Source: a virus. From it: a stretch of 64,000 nucleotides of DNA. Below are positions 48,077 through 57,801 of the stretch, one piece after another. A program made the position numbers and the translations under genes. The stretch's first letter is position 1. Every line of letters begins with the position of its first letter. Where the stretch lies: the IMG/VR virus record IMGVR_UViG_3300006749_000012, positions 15,957 to 79,956 of that record; one strand, given 5' to 3'. The notes under the pieces were generated by a model that was given only the letters and a program-made list of their open reading frames with translations, was not told the origin of the DNA and did not search any database.

Positions 48077-49569
48077 TCGCCACGCTTACCGATGATGTCA
48101 TCTATGCGTAGGATACTGATAGTAACCTCGCTAGCAGACTGAATCGCCTGCCTGACCAAATCAAGAGGCTCCCAAACATCTGCATCTTCCATTGAGCAAG
48201 CACCGCCGTTCTCTATATCAGGACCAGCGCTAGTTGCACCAGCGATATGTTCATTCCTTAGAGTTAAAATGGTGTCAAGAGGGTCATGCCCTGCGTTCTC
48301 TGCAATAGAAGCCGGTATAGACTCTAATGCATCAGCAAAAGCATCGATAGCCATTTGTTCACGACCACCCGCTTCTGCTGCACGAGAGCGCAAATAGAGC
48401 GCAGCGTTCAGATAAGAAGAACCTCCTCCTGAAACTACTTTACCACTTTCGTATGCTAAGCAGACTACGCCTAGTGCATCTTCAAACCCACGCTCAGTTT
48501 CGTCTAATGTTTGTTTAGTTGCCCCTCTCAAAATTAGAGTAGTAACTTCACCGTTACCTTTGACCACGACATACTTCATATCACCGATAGTCTTACACTC
48601 AACATCACAGTCGACTGCCTCTACTAAATCTTCAGTGCCATGTGCTACGTTAGTATTCAACAATTTTGAAAGCGCTGTCATATCGCTTTCAGGTATGCGC
48701 TGGGCGACTGATATACTTTGTCTAGCAAGTGTGGCTGCGACGACTTCATTCACAGTATCTCTGACAAATACCACTCCGCCTTCAGGTAATAGTTCCTTGA
48801 TAGAGTGTGCTTTTTCAACCCAATTGTCTCTACTAGACTGGCGCTTGTATTGTTGATACTCAGCGGCAGAACCTAGATTCAATTGCACATTGTCATTAGA
48901 TTGGTTGTCGCTTAGTCCAGTATTGATAAGTAATGCTTTTGGAGTAGGTGTAAGCGGCATGGCTGGTAACATGAACTCTTTGTGTAGAATTACACCACTA
49001 AAGCAAGAGGAATCATCTAACGAGCCGCCCGGTTGACAAAGGACTCTTATTCTGTCATAGTCTCCTTTAGCGTTATTGACTGCTTCTACGCACAAATCAC
49101 TAACGTGGTCCATGCTAGACTCTAGTGTCTTTCCTGTAATCGAAGTCTTGGCTACATCTGCTAATTTAGTATCAACTGGCTGACTGAGTTTTTCGATATG
49201 CTCAGTTGCCCATTTGGACGCTTTTCTGTAACCTTTACAGATTATATTAGCATGTAACCCTTTATTGAATAATAGTTCACTATTACCAAGTAATTCACCC
49301 GCTAACACTACTGTGCTAGTGGTTCCGTCATAACACATGTTTTCTTGTGTATTTGCTGCTTCTACTACCATTTTAGCCGCTGGATGAGTAATGTCAAGTT
49401 GTTGCAGTATAGTTGCACCATCGTTTGTTACAATGACATTGCCACCACCGTCAACCATCATCTTGTCCATACCCATAGGACCAAGTGTCGTCTTTACCGT
49501 AGAAACGGCTCTCTTTGCTGCTCTTATATTGTGCACTACTGCACTTGTGTTGCTTTCGTTTTCGTTCAT
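48073..49569 (-). CDS. ths: Group II chaperonin (thermosome subunit)
   Basis: TTLGPMGMDKM, TNDGATIL, DGTTS, ILRGAT, ENAGHD, ILRIDDII motifs. Confidence 0.97.
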   Translation of the reverse strand: MNENESNTSAVVHNIRAAKRAVSTVKTTLGPMGMDKMMVDGGGNVIVTNDGATILQQLDITHPAAKMVVEAANTQENMCYDGTTSTVVLAGELLGNSELLFNKGLHANIICKGYRKASKWATEHIEKLSQPVDTKLADVAKTSITGKTLESSMDHVSDLCVEAVNNAKGDYDRIRVLCQPGGSLDDSSCFSGVILHKEFMLPAMPLTPTPKALLINTGLSDNQSNDNVQLNLGSAAEYQQYKRQSSRDNWVEKAHSIKELLPEGGVVFVRDTVNEVVAATLARQSISVAQRIPESDMTALSKLLNTNVAHGTEDLVEAVDCDVECKTIGDMKYVVVKGNGEVTTLILRGATKQTLDETERGFEDALGVVCLAYESGKVVSGGGSSYLNAALYLRSRAAEAGGREQMAIDAFADALESIPASIAENAGHDPLDTILTLRNEHIAGATSAGPDIENGGACSMEDADVWEPLDLVRQAIQSASEVTISILRIDDIIGKRGD

Positions 49570-49593
49570 TTTTCCCTCTCCTTATTTTTAATG

Positions 49594-50193
49594 TTACCAG
49601 TCCACTTCGTATTCTTTTACATCACCAGTATGTCTACATCTCGCTTTGACAAATCCCTCATTCACACCGTGTTCCCACAGTTCGTAAACTAGTTCAGCGT
49701 CTTTTAAACAATATTCTGCGACTTTACTATAATTACCCTTACGCCACTCTATGGGCGCATCGTGGCTGTTCATCAATTTACCTTTTTCCAAAGTGTGATA
49801 ACAGGCATCCGATAAAGGAACTGCGTGACCTACTATACTCTTTAATAGAGCAGATGTGTCAAATACTTGCTCCTCTGATTTAGCCATAATGTCACCGGCT
49901 GTCCAACAGTCTAGTGCATCTCTGATGATAGGTAAATCGAATTGCTTGAGGTTGTGACCTAATACCATACCTCCTTCGGACACATGCTTGGCTAAATCTT
50001 CACCTAGAACTTTAGGATGTAATTTCTTTACATTAGTGCCTTCAGGAAGGTATTTAGAAACTGATTCGTTAGCATACACAGTTCCATTCTGACCATCCCA
50101 AGTTGCTACTACTGATGGCTCAAATAAATGACTTTTACCCCACCCGCCTATTTCATGAGAGAAATTGGCAGTTTCGATGTCTAGTGCTAGCAT
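49594..50193 (-). CDS. DEDD-family (RNase H-like) 3'-5' exonuclease
   Basis: LDIET, GHNLKQFDL, YCLKDA motifs. Start placed at ATG 50193; the ORF track extends to 50238. Confidence 0.85.
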   Translation of the reverse strand: MLALDIETANFSHEIGGWGKSHLFEPSVVATWDGQNGTVYANESVSKYLPEGTNVKKLHPKVLGEDLAKHVSEGGMVLGHNLKQFDLPIIRDALDCWTAGDIMAKSEEQVFDTSALLKSIVGHAVPLSDACYHTLEKGKLMNSHDAPIEWRKGNYSKVAEYCLKDAELVYELWEHGVNEGFVKARCRHTGDVKEYEVDW

Positions 50194-50330
50194 TTTGGCG
50201 ATATTAAGTCCTCCATACACATCTTGCACCAGTCGCAAATTATAACAGGATTTCTATGGTGCATGCCCATATAGTGCCCCCCTATGTTATCTCCAATTTT
50301 GGTGTCACATATTATACATTCGGCGGTCAT
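50187..50330 (-). CDS. Small zinc-finger protein (47 aa, not in the ORF track)
   Basis: Hand-translated MTAECIICDTKIGDNIGGHYMGMHHRNPVIICDWCKMCMEDLISPKC; ATGA overlap with the upstream stop; GGAGG RBS. Confidence 0.7.
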   Translation of the reverse strand: MTAECIICDTKIGDNIGGHYMGMHHRNPVIICDWCKMCMEDLISPKC

Positions 50331-51754
50331 ACTTGACCTCCTTTTGACATAAACTCTTTACGAAGTTTGACATATACTCTAACTCCTTCCCTAGTATCTT
50401 TGAACATTTCAGAAGCATACATGTTGAATTTACTATTTATCGACGCATGGCTGTTGAAATTAGCCAGTTTACCAAATATGTCCATGACTTCTTTCTTCTT
50501 AGCCCAGCCTGTGCCACGATGGTCGTCAAAGTCAAACAATTCACTCTTTGAAAATGACTTCTTCCAAAGACCTTGCATTTTATTCTTCTCACTAGCACCA
50601 GCACCTATGTTAACCTCTGATTCAAGCCACTGTATGAGATTCTGATATAAATCAAACAAAATCTCCTTAGCCATATCAACATGGTCCCCTCTTACCACCC
50701 ATGTGCCCTCAATCATAGCCATGTGATGTGCTAGAATATTGGTATAATTTTGTAAACCCATGATAAATGAGGCACAGATACCTTGTTTATCAGGACTCAT
50801 CTTTTCTACAATACTGTAATATTCATCTATCGCTGAAATCAGAGCAGGTCTATATGCTTCATCGGGTCTAAACATTACCCTCATAAGGCCCATCACTACT
50901 TCTTCTCTTTCATCCTCTGTCATCTCATTCCATTCCAATGGAGGAATATCGGTTAAGTTCAAAACTCTCCTTTTCAACGCTTTTTTACTTTCTTTGAAAA
51001 AGTCTACTACTTCTCCAAGTGAAACTTCCATGACATCATTAGAATATACTCCATCAGCCAGTTCGTGATTGACGGCTTTCTTCATTTCAAGTGTCCATTG
51101 CCGCCAATAGGTTAAGACACGTTGGAAAATACCCTTGTCAAGAACGTGTTCCTTGATACCCTTTGGAGGATAAGTAGTAATCCACAAAGAGACTTCAGAC
51201 TTGACTCTAAAACTATCTCTAGCCATGTGTTTTGTCAAGTAGTTTCTACCAGTCCCAGCGGAGTTCAATGCTGATTGTAGAAACAAAGTAGTATTCTCAT
51301 TATGCTGACCAGTTTTGAGAATGACACTCCCCTCATCGAAATTCAAACCTTTTCTTCCAGCCAGTATACCCTCTCTTACTATCATTGTAGGATTTCTAGC
51401 GTCTTCTGATTCAGGGTCAGGCACTAATGTCCCGACCAATGCAGCGTCATTACCTGAATTGTAATCTTGAGAGTTGAGGCCCGATTCTTTGAGTATCTTT
51501 TCAATTATCTGATAGGCCGCTGACTTACCTGTCCTAGTATCTTGAATCCAAAACATGTTCACTCTTGGGTCGAGATTACTACCTTTGATTGGTATTCTCA
51601 CGAATGGCACAGCCACTTGTCCTAGAATGAAGAAAAATGAAATCAAGCCCGGTATTTCATTGTTGATACTCACTTGCTTGAAGTGTTCTAAGTAACCTCT
51701 TAGAATAGGGTATTTTTTCACGCATTCATAATCACTAGCCTTGTGCTCCATCAT
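50327..51754 (-). CDS. MCM-like AAA+ ATPase/helicase lacking the usual N-terminal tier
   Basis: QDTRTGKS (Walker A), LNFDEG (Walker B), GILA, LQSALNS, IFQRVL Arg-finger-like motif; replication block context. Confidence 0.65.
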   Translation of the reverse strand: MMEHKASDYECVKKYPILRGYLEHFKQVSINNEIPGLISFFFILGQVAVPFVRIPIKGSNLDPRVNMFWIQDTRTGKSAAYQIIEKILKESGLNSQDYNSGNDAALVGTLVPDPESEDARNPTMIVREGILAGRKGLNFDEGSVILKTGQHNENTTLFLQSALNSAGTGRNYLTKHMARDSFRVKSEVSLWITTYPPKGIKEHVLDKGIFQRVLTYWRQWTLEMKKAVNHELADGVYSNDVMEVSLGEVVDFFKESKKALKRRVLNLTDIPPLEWNEMTEDEREEVVMGLMRVMFRPDEAYRPALISAIDEYYSIVEKMSPDKQGICASFIMGLQNYTNILAHHMAMIEGTWVVRGDHVDMAKEILFDLYQNLIQWLESEVNIGAGASEKNKMQGLWKKSFSKSELFDFDDHRGTGWAKKKEVMDIFGKLANFNSHASINSKFNMYASEMFKDTREGVRVYVKLRKEFMSKGGQV

Positions 51755-52463
51755 AATTTATCCCTCTCTTACTGTATGTCTTTTTGACTGTTATAGGTTC
51801 CTCTGATGTCAATACATCGAGTAATCTTTTCCTCAACGTGCTGCCCATTCCCTTTACTTGTTTCAACGACTCAGGAAAAAGCATTTCTTCTATTGAGCCA
51901 CACCTGTCAAGTAATTTGTCTACTAACTCAGGGCCGAATCCCGGCACTGCTATCAACATATCGGCTCTCACATCATTGGTGCTGACTCTTGTGACTGCTC
52001 TAGCACCATGGCGACTAGCAGGTTTGTGTAACTTTGAATGTAATTTAGCGATGAACATAGCGGCTTCATTGTAATCCTTAGCCCTATAAATATGGCAATC
52101 GAAGTCTGCTGTAATTCTAGCAAATGTTCCGAGTAGTTGATTCATAACTTTAGAGTATGAGACGTTCCTGCCTTGTTTTTTAGAAATAGACACATATTTA
52201 GCAATGTCACCGTGAACCACTAGAAACACCCTTTCGCAGTTAGCATCTAAGTTATCCATTTGCCTCATCAAGTGCCCGCTATGACTCGATTGGAATAAAT
52301 CAGATAGACTTTTACATTCAATATGTGCATTACCAGCCTTGTAGTCCCCCATGCCTTGTAAGTGCTCTATTTTAGTAGTAAAGCCTTCTCTTTCAGCCGC
52401 TCTCACAACAGCGTCCTTTAGAGAGCCTCTTTCGTTACTATCTATTATCAACGCTTCTTTCAT
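51735..52463 (-). CDS. ERCC4/XPF-family structure-specific nuclease with (HhH)2
   Basis: IIDSNE...GDY...IECKSLSDL...Q motif; VPGFG and VKGMG HhH motifs. Likely start is ATG 52463; the ORF track starts at 52481. Confidence 0.92.
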   Translation of the reverse strand: MKEALIIDSNERGSLKDAVVRAAEREGFTTKIEHLQGMGDYKAGNAHIECKSLSDLFQSSHSGHLMRQMDNLDANCERVFLVVHGDIAKYVSISKKQGRNVSYSKVMNQLLGTFARITADFDCHIYRAKDYNEAAMFIAKLHSKLHKPASRHGARAVTRVSTNDVRADMLIAVPGFGPELVDKLLDRCGSIEEMLFPESLKQVKGMGSTLRKRLLDVLTSEEPITVKKTYSKRGINYDGAQG

Positions 52464-52755
52464 CTCTAAATCCCTCCACATTTATCCGCCATGCACTAAT
52501 CCTCATCCTTGAACCCTTCACGGTTCTTTCATCAACGCACCCTACCTTTTTAAAATAAGGATATTTGTTCAATATTTGAGCAAGGGTGCCCTTTGATGGA
52601 TTCTTTGAATAGGGTCGCCCACCCCTTAACTGAATCTGATTCATCATAATTACATATATTTCGTTTGTTGATAATGATTCGCCGTGCTCGTCAAATGCTC
52701 TAAATATACGCTTGACTGTGTTGGTTATTGGATAGTAGTTTCTGTTTTCTTTCAT
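52438..52755 (-). CDS. Winged-helix DNA-binding protein
   Basis: LSTNEIY...PSKGTLAQIL...YFKKVG...WRI; ATG 52755 overlaps the primase stop. Confidence 0.6.
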   Translation of the reverse strand: MKENRNYYPITNTVKRIFRAFDEHGESLSTNEIYVIMMNQIQLRGGRPYSKNPSKGTLAQILNKYPYFKKVGCVDERTVKGSRMRISAWRINVEGFRDERSVDNR

Positions 52756-53846
52756 TCTATCGCCCCTGTTTTGTCCCAATAACGACATTTGCCTAAGCAC
52801 ATACCCTTCTTGTGAAGCATAGAGCATGTTTGTGGATACTCTGTGCCTACAATCGTGCTTATCTGATAGCGGGTAGTGTTCTCGTCAAAGTCAGCCCATT
52901 GAAGCGAGCGAATGTAATTTACAATCATTTCGGTATGCTCTGTTAAGTTTTCTTTAGGTATTCTTTCGACAGGTATGAAATTTCTTAAACGCTTTGATAG
53001 GTATTTCACCAGTTGAACCCTAGCATCATGACTTGGATTGCTGCCTAATCTACAAGCAGCCGAATTTAAGCAAGGTAATATTATCACACCTTGCATCGAA
53101 ACTGTGGGTAAATCTATTGGTTGAGTGTTGGGATTGAATACACCTTTTTTCCTGTCTGTCTTTATGACATTCAGTATAAGTCCTTCCTTACCATAAGGTA
53201 TCATTCCTGACTTAGGGTCTAGTGCCTTTTCCATAATGAAATCAAGCCCTCTCTCCATGTCATTAGTGCTTAGAGGTATGGACCATAGACCACGCTTTGA
53301 ATTATAGGAATTAGGTATGCGAATCATACCACTGGTATCGAAGGGGACAGCCGGGTCAGAGCAAAATAAATCTAATTCATTTATCCAATCACTGACAACT
53401 ATCATACCCGCCTCCCTGATGTCCGAAAGGTTACTTTCGTTACTAGGCATGTAGGGTTTGTCGAGTGCTACCCAAATGTGAAATCCACCACCACTATACC
53501 AAACTGAATGAGTTATATCCTTATCTAACAAATAATGATGTAACTTCAAAGCCTGATAGAGTGCCACTTCGGGTTCTACATCAGGTCTATCACGCTGGGT
53601 AAAGTTCTTCGGGTCGAAGTCCATTACAAAATGTCTTATTATAGGCGTTTTGAGATTGACTCTTTTGTTGTAAGGGGGTATGGTGGCTCTGTAACCATAG
53701 ACAGTCATGTATGCGTTTGATACGCCGTTTTTACCAGCCCAGTATCTCTCTAGGTCACCACTGTTTCTGACTATTTTTCTGTATCCTCTACCCTTCTCTG
53801 TTCCAAGTTCCATTACTTCCCTTGGAAAGTCAAAGGTCAACTTCAA
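52752..53846 (-). CDS. Archaeo-eukaryotic primase, catalytic domain fused to a PriL-like Cys-rich C-terminal domain
   Basis: MDFD, SGGGFH and D...IRIP motifs; C-terminal LPCL...C...PQTC...MC...KC. Confidence 0.88.
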   Translation of the reverse strand: MKLTFDFPREVMELGTEKGRGYRKIVRNSGDLERYWAGKNGVSNAYMTVYGYRATIPPYNKRVNLKTPIIRHFVMDFDPKNFTQRDRPDVEPEVALYQALKLHHYLLDKDITHSVWYSGGGFHIWVALDKPYMPSNESNLSDIREAGMIVVSDWINELDLFCSDPAVPFDTSGMIRIPNSYNSKRGLWSIPLSTNDMERGLDFIMEKALDPKSGMIPYGKEGLILNVIKTDRKKGVFNPNTQPIDLPTVSMQGVIILPCLNSAACRLGSNPSHDARVQLVKYLSKRLRNFIPVERIPKENLTEHTEMIVNYIRSLQWADFDENTTRYQISTIVGTEYPQTCSMLHKKGMCLGKCRYWDKTGAIE

Positions 53847-53850
53847 ATCA

Positions 53851-54108
53851 TCACTTCCTATATTCGTCTACTATCTTCTTCAAAACTCTTAGAACTTCAC
53901 CAGTGTCCTGTAACAGATAGTTATTCAGAGAAATATACATCGGTCCTTTTGGACCGCTTACATTCTCATCAAACTCATACAGTGTTGTCTGTATAGATAC
54001 TGAATAATCTTTACCTTGACCTAACCTTGTAAACATCACTTCAACATCTCTACCCACTATTTCTGACAGAAGCACTTCTAACGCTCTACCCAACATTGCT
54101 TTATTCAT
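53851..54108 (-). CDS. Hypothetical protein
   Basis: 85 aa, coupled to the upstream gene (ATGA), GGAGG RBS. Confidence 0.65.
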   Translation of the reverse strand: MNKAMLGRALEVLLSEIVGRDVEVMFTRLGQGKDYSVSIQTTLYEFDENVSGPKGPMYISLNNYLLQDTGEVLRVLKKIVDEYRK

Positions 54109-55106
54109 TCCTTTACCTCCTCGTAATTATCTAAGTATTCTTGGGGGTCATCACTGCCTTCCCAAGAAGGACATATTGATTTGAAATTACACCAAGCACA
54201 CTTACCAGCACTAGGTGCAGGAGTAAAGTGTTCAGAAAGGTAAGCAGTGAGCAATGCCACTTTTAATTTATCAATCCTCTTTTCATAATCGGTGTTTCTA
54301 CGACCTGTGCATGGTTCGTAGAATATTTTATTGATGCCTCTTTGCTCTTGTCCGTATTTGTTGAGGGGCTGTAATTTAGATTCGTTACCTGAAGGATAAA
54401 CCCATCCCCAATGAGTTACATCTTGTAACGGGTGGTTTGCCATTTTGAGGAGTTTCTTGTAAAATGCCATTTCTGTCCTCATAGATTTAACTTTGAAATT
54501 GGAATCTTGCCATTCACCTTGACGGTTTTTAGTTTGAACCCATTTGCCTGTTTTCAATTCCATAAGTGAAACTGTTCCATCTTCAGTCTCATACCCTCTA
54601 TCTATGCTTCCAGCAAAATGAATAGGAATCTTGTATATTTCACCATTGAACTCTATTTCTTCTTCAACAAAAGCATGGACTTCTAGTTCATTTATGACTG
54701 GTAAGTATTTATCTTTACCAACGTCACGCAATCGTAGCAAATCCCATGTAATTCTTCTGTCTATTGACCGTTCTTCGCCCAACACATAATCTTCTTCAGG
54801 CATGATGCTCAGTGCGAGTTGTTTAGCCTCCTCCATTTTATCTCTTAGAACTAGAGTGTGTAATTCCTCTAAGACAGGTAATACGTTGTTGTAGTATGCC
54901 TCAATTGCGTTGTGAATATTAGTCCCTTTTGTCATAGCGTCAGTAGACGGCTCAGGAAGCCTGTGTATACGCTTGTATTCGTATTGCTTTGGGCAGAAGT
55001 CGAAGTCTGATGTTAGGCTTGTCTTTGTCATCCTTAGCATTTTCTCATGACCGGGCTTCCAAGCGTATGTGGATTTGGCGTATGCACTCCAGTCCCTGTC
55101 ACTCAT
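54105..55106 (-). CDS. Cas4-like PD-(D/E)xK nuclease (solo, not CRISPR-associated)
   Basis: FCPKQY, GSIDR, ELKTGK and C-terminal CAWCNFKSIC (four-Cys Fe-S pattern). Confidence 0.88.
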   Translation of the reverse strand: MSDRDWSAYAKSTYAWKPGHEKMLRMTKTSLTSDFDFCPKQYEYKRIHRLPEPSTDAMTKGTNIHNAIEAYYNNVLPVLEELHTLVLRDKMEEAKQLALSIMPEEDYVLGEERSIDRRITWDLLRLRDVGKDKYLPVINELEVHAFVEEEIEFNGEIYKIPIHFAGSIDRGYETEDGTVSLMELKTGKWVQTKNRQGEWQDSNFKVKSMRTEMAFYKKLLKMANHPLQDVTHWGWVYPSGNESKLQPLNKYGQEQRGINKIFYEPCTGRRNTDYEKRIDKLKVALLTAYLSEHFTPAPSAGKCAWCNFKSICPSWEGSDDPQEYLDNYEEVKE

Positions 55107-55285
55107 TCTACCATCCCCAACAACTTTTCAATATACACAGTAGCATCCATCAATTCTTCTTGTAAGTGCACGAGCCATTGGCGTATAGACAGAACTTCTT
55201 CTTCCATAGTCACGCCATATTTCTCTTTACCCACATCTGAGCGTGCTTGTATCTTTTTACATACTTCATCTTCTATTGCACTCAT
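55103..55285 (-). CDS. Small all-alpha protein, possibly MazG/NTP-pyrophosphatase-like
   Basis: GKEKYG...WLVHLQEELMDATVY (EExxD). Confidence 0.5.
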   Translation of the reverse strand: MSAIEDEVCKKIQARSDVGKEKYGVTMEEEVLSIRQWLVHLQEELMDATVYIEKLLGMVE

Positions 55286-55289
55286 TTTA

Positions 55290-57638
55290 TCACCAATATC
55301 TCTTGGGGACTGCTGCCCCGCTAGCCATTTCCAAATCCCAATCTAGTGCGCTGAATATAGGTTTTATCTTCGCCCTGACAAGTCTATCTACCATTTTATG
55401 ATAATCTAAAACGAAATCATTCAAATCACTTTCATCTTCAAAGGCAACAACATCAACAGATGGTAAATGGTCAGGTGTTTTGCTCACATAGACCCAATTC
55501 ACACTGTCTCCCTCACCTAATTGGGAGCCGTTAGACAAATGCTCATTATAATATCTAGCCGCTTTCACAGCACCGCCTGTGGTCATGGCGTAATTACGCA
55601 GAGGCTTTTGTAATCTAGTAGTGGTGGCTATCTCTTTGCAATTCACTTCTCCACGTTGTATTTGCTTTGACAGAGGTCTGACCATCGAGATAACTTCACT
55701 TTCATCTGCTCCTGTGCAAATGGCTGTGAGCACATCGTTCTCAAGATTCTTAGAGATGGGTGCAAGAGTGCTGATTTTACCCCATCTTGCACTCTTGACC
55801 TTACCTTCATCTTCAGGTGGATAAGAACATATACCATAGTAGAGATTCTTGCCGCCTACAATCCAGTATGGCATGTATGCTTCAAACTCTACAATCAGGT
55901 GGCTAGATTCATGCTCTCTTTGAACAGTCTCAGTCAAGTGTTTTGCAAGAGCAGTCGCCTCGTCAAATGGAACTTGAACAAAGGCTGAATCGGTGTGACC
56001 ATACAGAGAACTGTATCCCTGTTTGTCCGATTCTTCCATTAGGAATCTGATAGCCCGCCTACCGCAGGCTGTAATCGCAGAGGCTATGTCAAAGTCTGAC
56101 CAACCCCAATGTGAACTAGCAGTCATACCGTAAAATGAAGCCATGACACGCTTGACCGCTAATTGTAATGTGTTCCATCCGTTTCTCTCATTTTCAGAAA
56201 GGGCTTCCCGCATTTTCTTTTTGTATGCATCACGCAGTTCAAACATCTCAGTGACCATTGTAGGTAGTAATGCGTCTACTCCCTGTCGCCAACAAGTGCC
56301 GTCAGGTAACTGCCTGATACCATCTTCGCCTGCCATGTCTTTAGGCACCTGTGTCTCCCAACTGAGATTATGCGACAAAATGATTGACGGGTATAGGCCC
56401 TTGTAATCTACACAGGCTACTCCTTCATATCTACCCGGTTTAGGTGGTGGAATGAACGCTCCTTCAAATTCTTGTTTTTCTTGAGTAGACTTACTAGGGG
56501 CCTTCCAATGTGTTCTCCTTTGTATCAATCCTCTAGCAAACCTAGTCACGTTGTGACATGAGCGGAAAGACACACCACACAATTGTTGGAGTGACAAGAA
56601 GAAATTGAATACGTGGTTTTCTTCGTCTATCTTCTTCAGCAAGAGAGTATCTTGCATACAATAATCCACATAAGCATCGAATCGTTCAGTCCAGCCAGTA
56701 AATACATCCATGTCAAACTTACCACCTAACTTACAAGCCTTTGCAATGGTGTCTAATTTCAAATTCTTCAACTGAGGTTTACCGCTATCCTTCCAAACAC
56801 GCTCAAACCCACTACCGCTTCTGACTGGGGCGGCTGTATCGAAACACAATCGACCCAGTATGGGTTGGTCCACATAGTCATATGAATCGTTTCTTGGTCT
56901 AAGGACTCTACCCAAAGGGCTTAGTCTACGGAATTGCTTGAGTCTATCAACTAAGTGAGGTAAATCTGCCCACATAATGGCGTGAGCGATGAAAACATCA
57001 GGGTTGCACTCGTCTAAATAATGTAAGAAAGCCTCGTGCATATCCTTTTCTGAGCCGTATAGATGCCTTTCATAGGTAAGTGTGGCAGGAGTTCCGTCAA
57101 CTTCGTATTCTACCTCCCGGTTCTCTATGTAATGGTCCATGTCGTATAATCCGTTGGGGTTGTCATGTTTCCAACAAAATGAAACGTATCTGTTGTTGTA
57201 ACTGTCAATGACAGCCATTACAGTAGTCTCCTTTGTTTTAGGGTCCCACTCTAAATCGAAATGCCATACACGAGGTTTCCATTTAGGCATTTCTTTTACT
57301 TCATCGATGAGATATTTATCAGGCAGGCTCAAATCCGCCTCCCAAGTTTTCTTGAATCGTCTAGCCATTTCTCTAATGTCAGATTGTCTAAAAGTGTAGA
57401 CCTTGACTAGTTTCTCGTTATCTCTCAGCCCTTCCGCTGTATCATCCCAGTCTATTTCGGAGCCGGGGAATTGGTCCAGTATACGCTCAACGTATCTAGG
57501 AGAAGTGTCTGCTGAAATCCAAAAGTAAGGTCTGAAGTCTGTCACAGTTTCTTCAACCAAGTTACCTTCCGCATCACGCCATCTCTTGTAGATATGGTCA
57601 GGCCCTTCAGGGTCAGGTCGGAAGGTGTCGATTATCAC
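55290..57638 (-). CDS. polB: Family B DNA polymerase
   Basis: ExoI FDLE, ExoIII YCMQD, motif A DYKGLYPSI, motif B KRVMASFYG, motif C YGHTDS. Confidence 0.96.
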   Translation of the reverse strand: MIIDTFRPDPEGPDHIYKRWRDAEGNLVEETVTDFRPYFWISADTSPRYVERILDQFPGSEIDWDDTAEGLRDNEKLVKVYTFRQSDIREMARRFKKTWEADLSLPDKYLIDEVKEMPKWKPRVWHFDLEWDPKTKETTVMAVIDSYNNRYVSFCWKHDNPNGLYDMDHYIENREVEYEVDGTPATLTYERHLYGSEKDMHEAFLHYLDECNPDVFIAHAIMWADLPHLVDRLKQFRRLSPLGRVLRPRNDSYDYVDQPILGRLCFDTAAPVRSGSGFERVWKDSGKPQLKNLKLDTIAKACKLGGKFDMDVFTGWTERFDAYVDYCMQDTLLLKKIDEENHVFNFFLSLQQLCGVSFRSCHNVTRFARGLIQRRTHWKAPSKSTQEKQEFEGAFIPPPKPGRYEGVACVDYKGLYPSIILSHNLSWETQVPKDMAGEDGIRQLPDGTCWRQGVDALLPTMVTEMFELRDAYKKKMREALSENERNGWNTLQLAVKRVMASFYGMTASSHWGWSDFDIASAITACGRRAIRFLMEESDKQGYSSLYGHTDSAFVQVPFDEATALAKHLTETVQREHESSHLIVEFEAYMPYWIVGGKNLYYGICSYPPEDEGKVKSARWGKISTLAPISKNLENDVLTAICTGADESEVISMVRPLSKQIQRGEVNCKEIATTTRLQKPLRNYAMTTGGAVKAARYYNEHLSNGSQLGEGDSVNWVYVSKTPDHLPSVDVVAFEDESDLNDFVLDYHKMVDRLVRAKIKPIFSALDWDLEMASGAAVPKRYW

Positions 57639-57799
57639 TATTCTTCACCCTCTAGCAATACATATTCTACCTGAGCATTACAGTTTGAGCAATGTAAATG
57701 TGTAATTATGCCCGGTAAATCGTAGCCTAAATCCTCTGCATCGTGGTCACTTCCCCAAATAAGTTTACCACCACAATACCAACAAATGTCTCTAGCCAT
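57638..57799 (-). CDS. Small zinc-ribbon protein (53 aa, not in the ORF track)
   Basis: Hand-translated MARDICWYCGGKLIWGSDHDAEDLGYDLPGIITHLHCSNCNAQVEYVLLEGEE; GGAGG RBS; stop overlaps the polB GTG. Confidence 0.75.
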   Translation of the reverse strand: MARDICWYCGGKLIWGSDHDAEDLGYDLPGIITHLHCSNCNAQVEYVLLEGEE

Positions 57800-57801
57800 G
57801 T

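Noticed and set aside
54105-55106. CRISPR-Cas system
   Set aside because: Solo Cas4-like nuclease in a replication block; no cas1/cas2 or repeat-spacer array seen.
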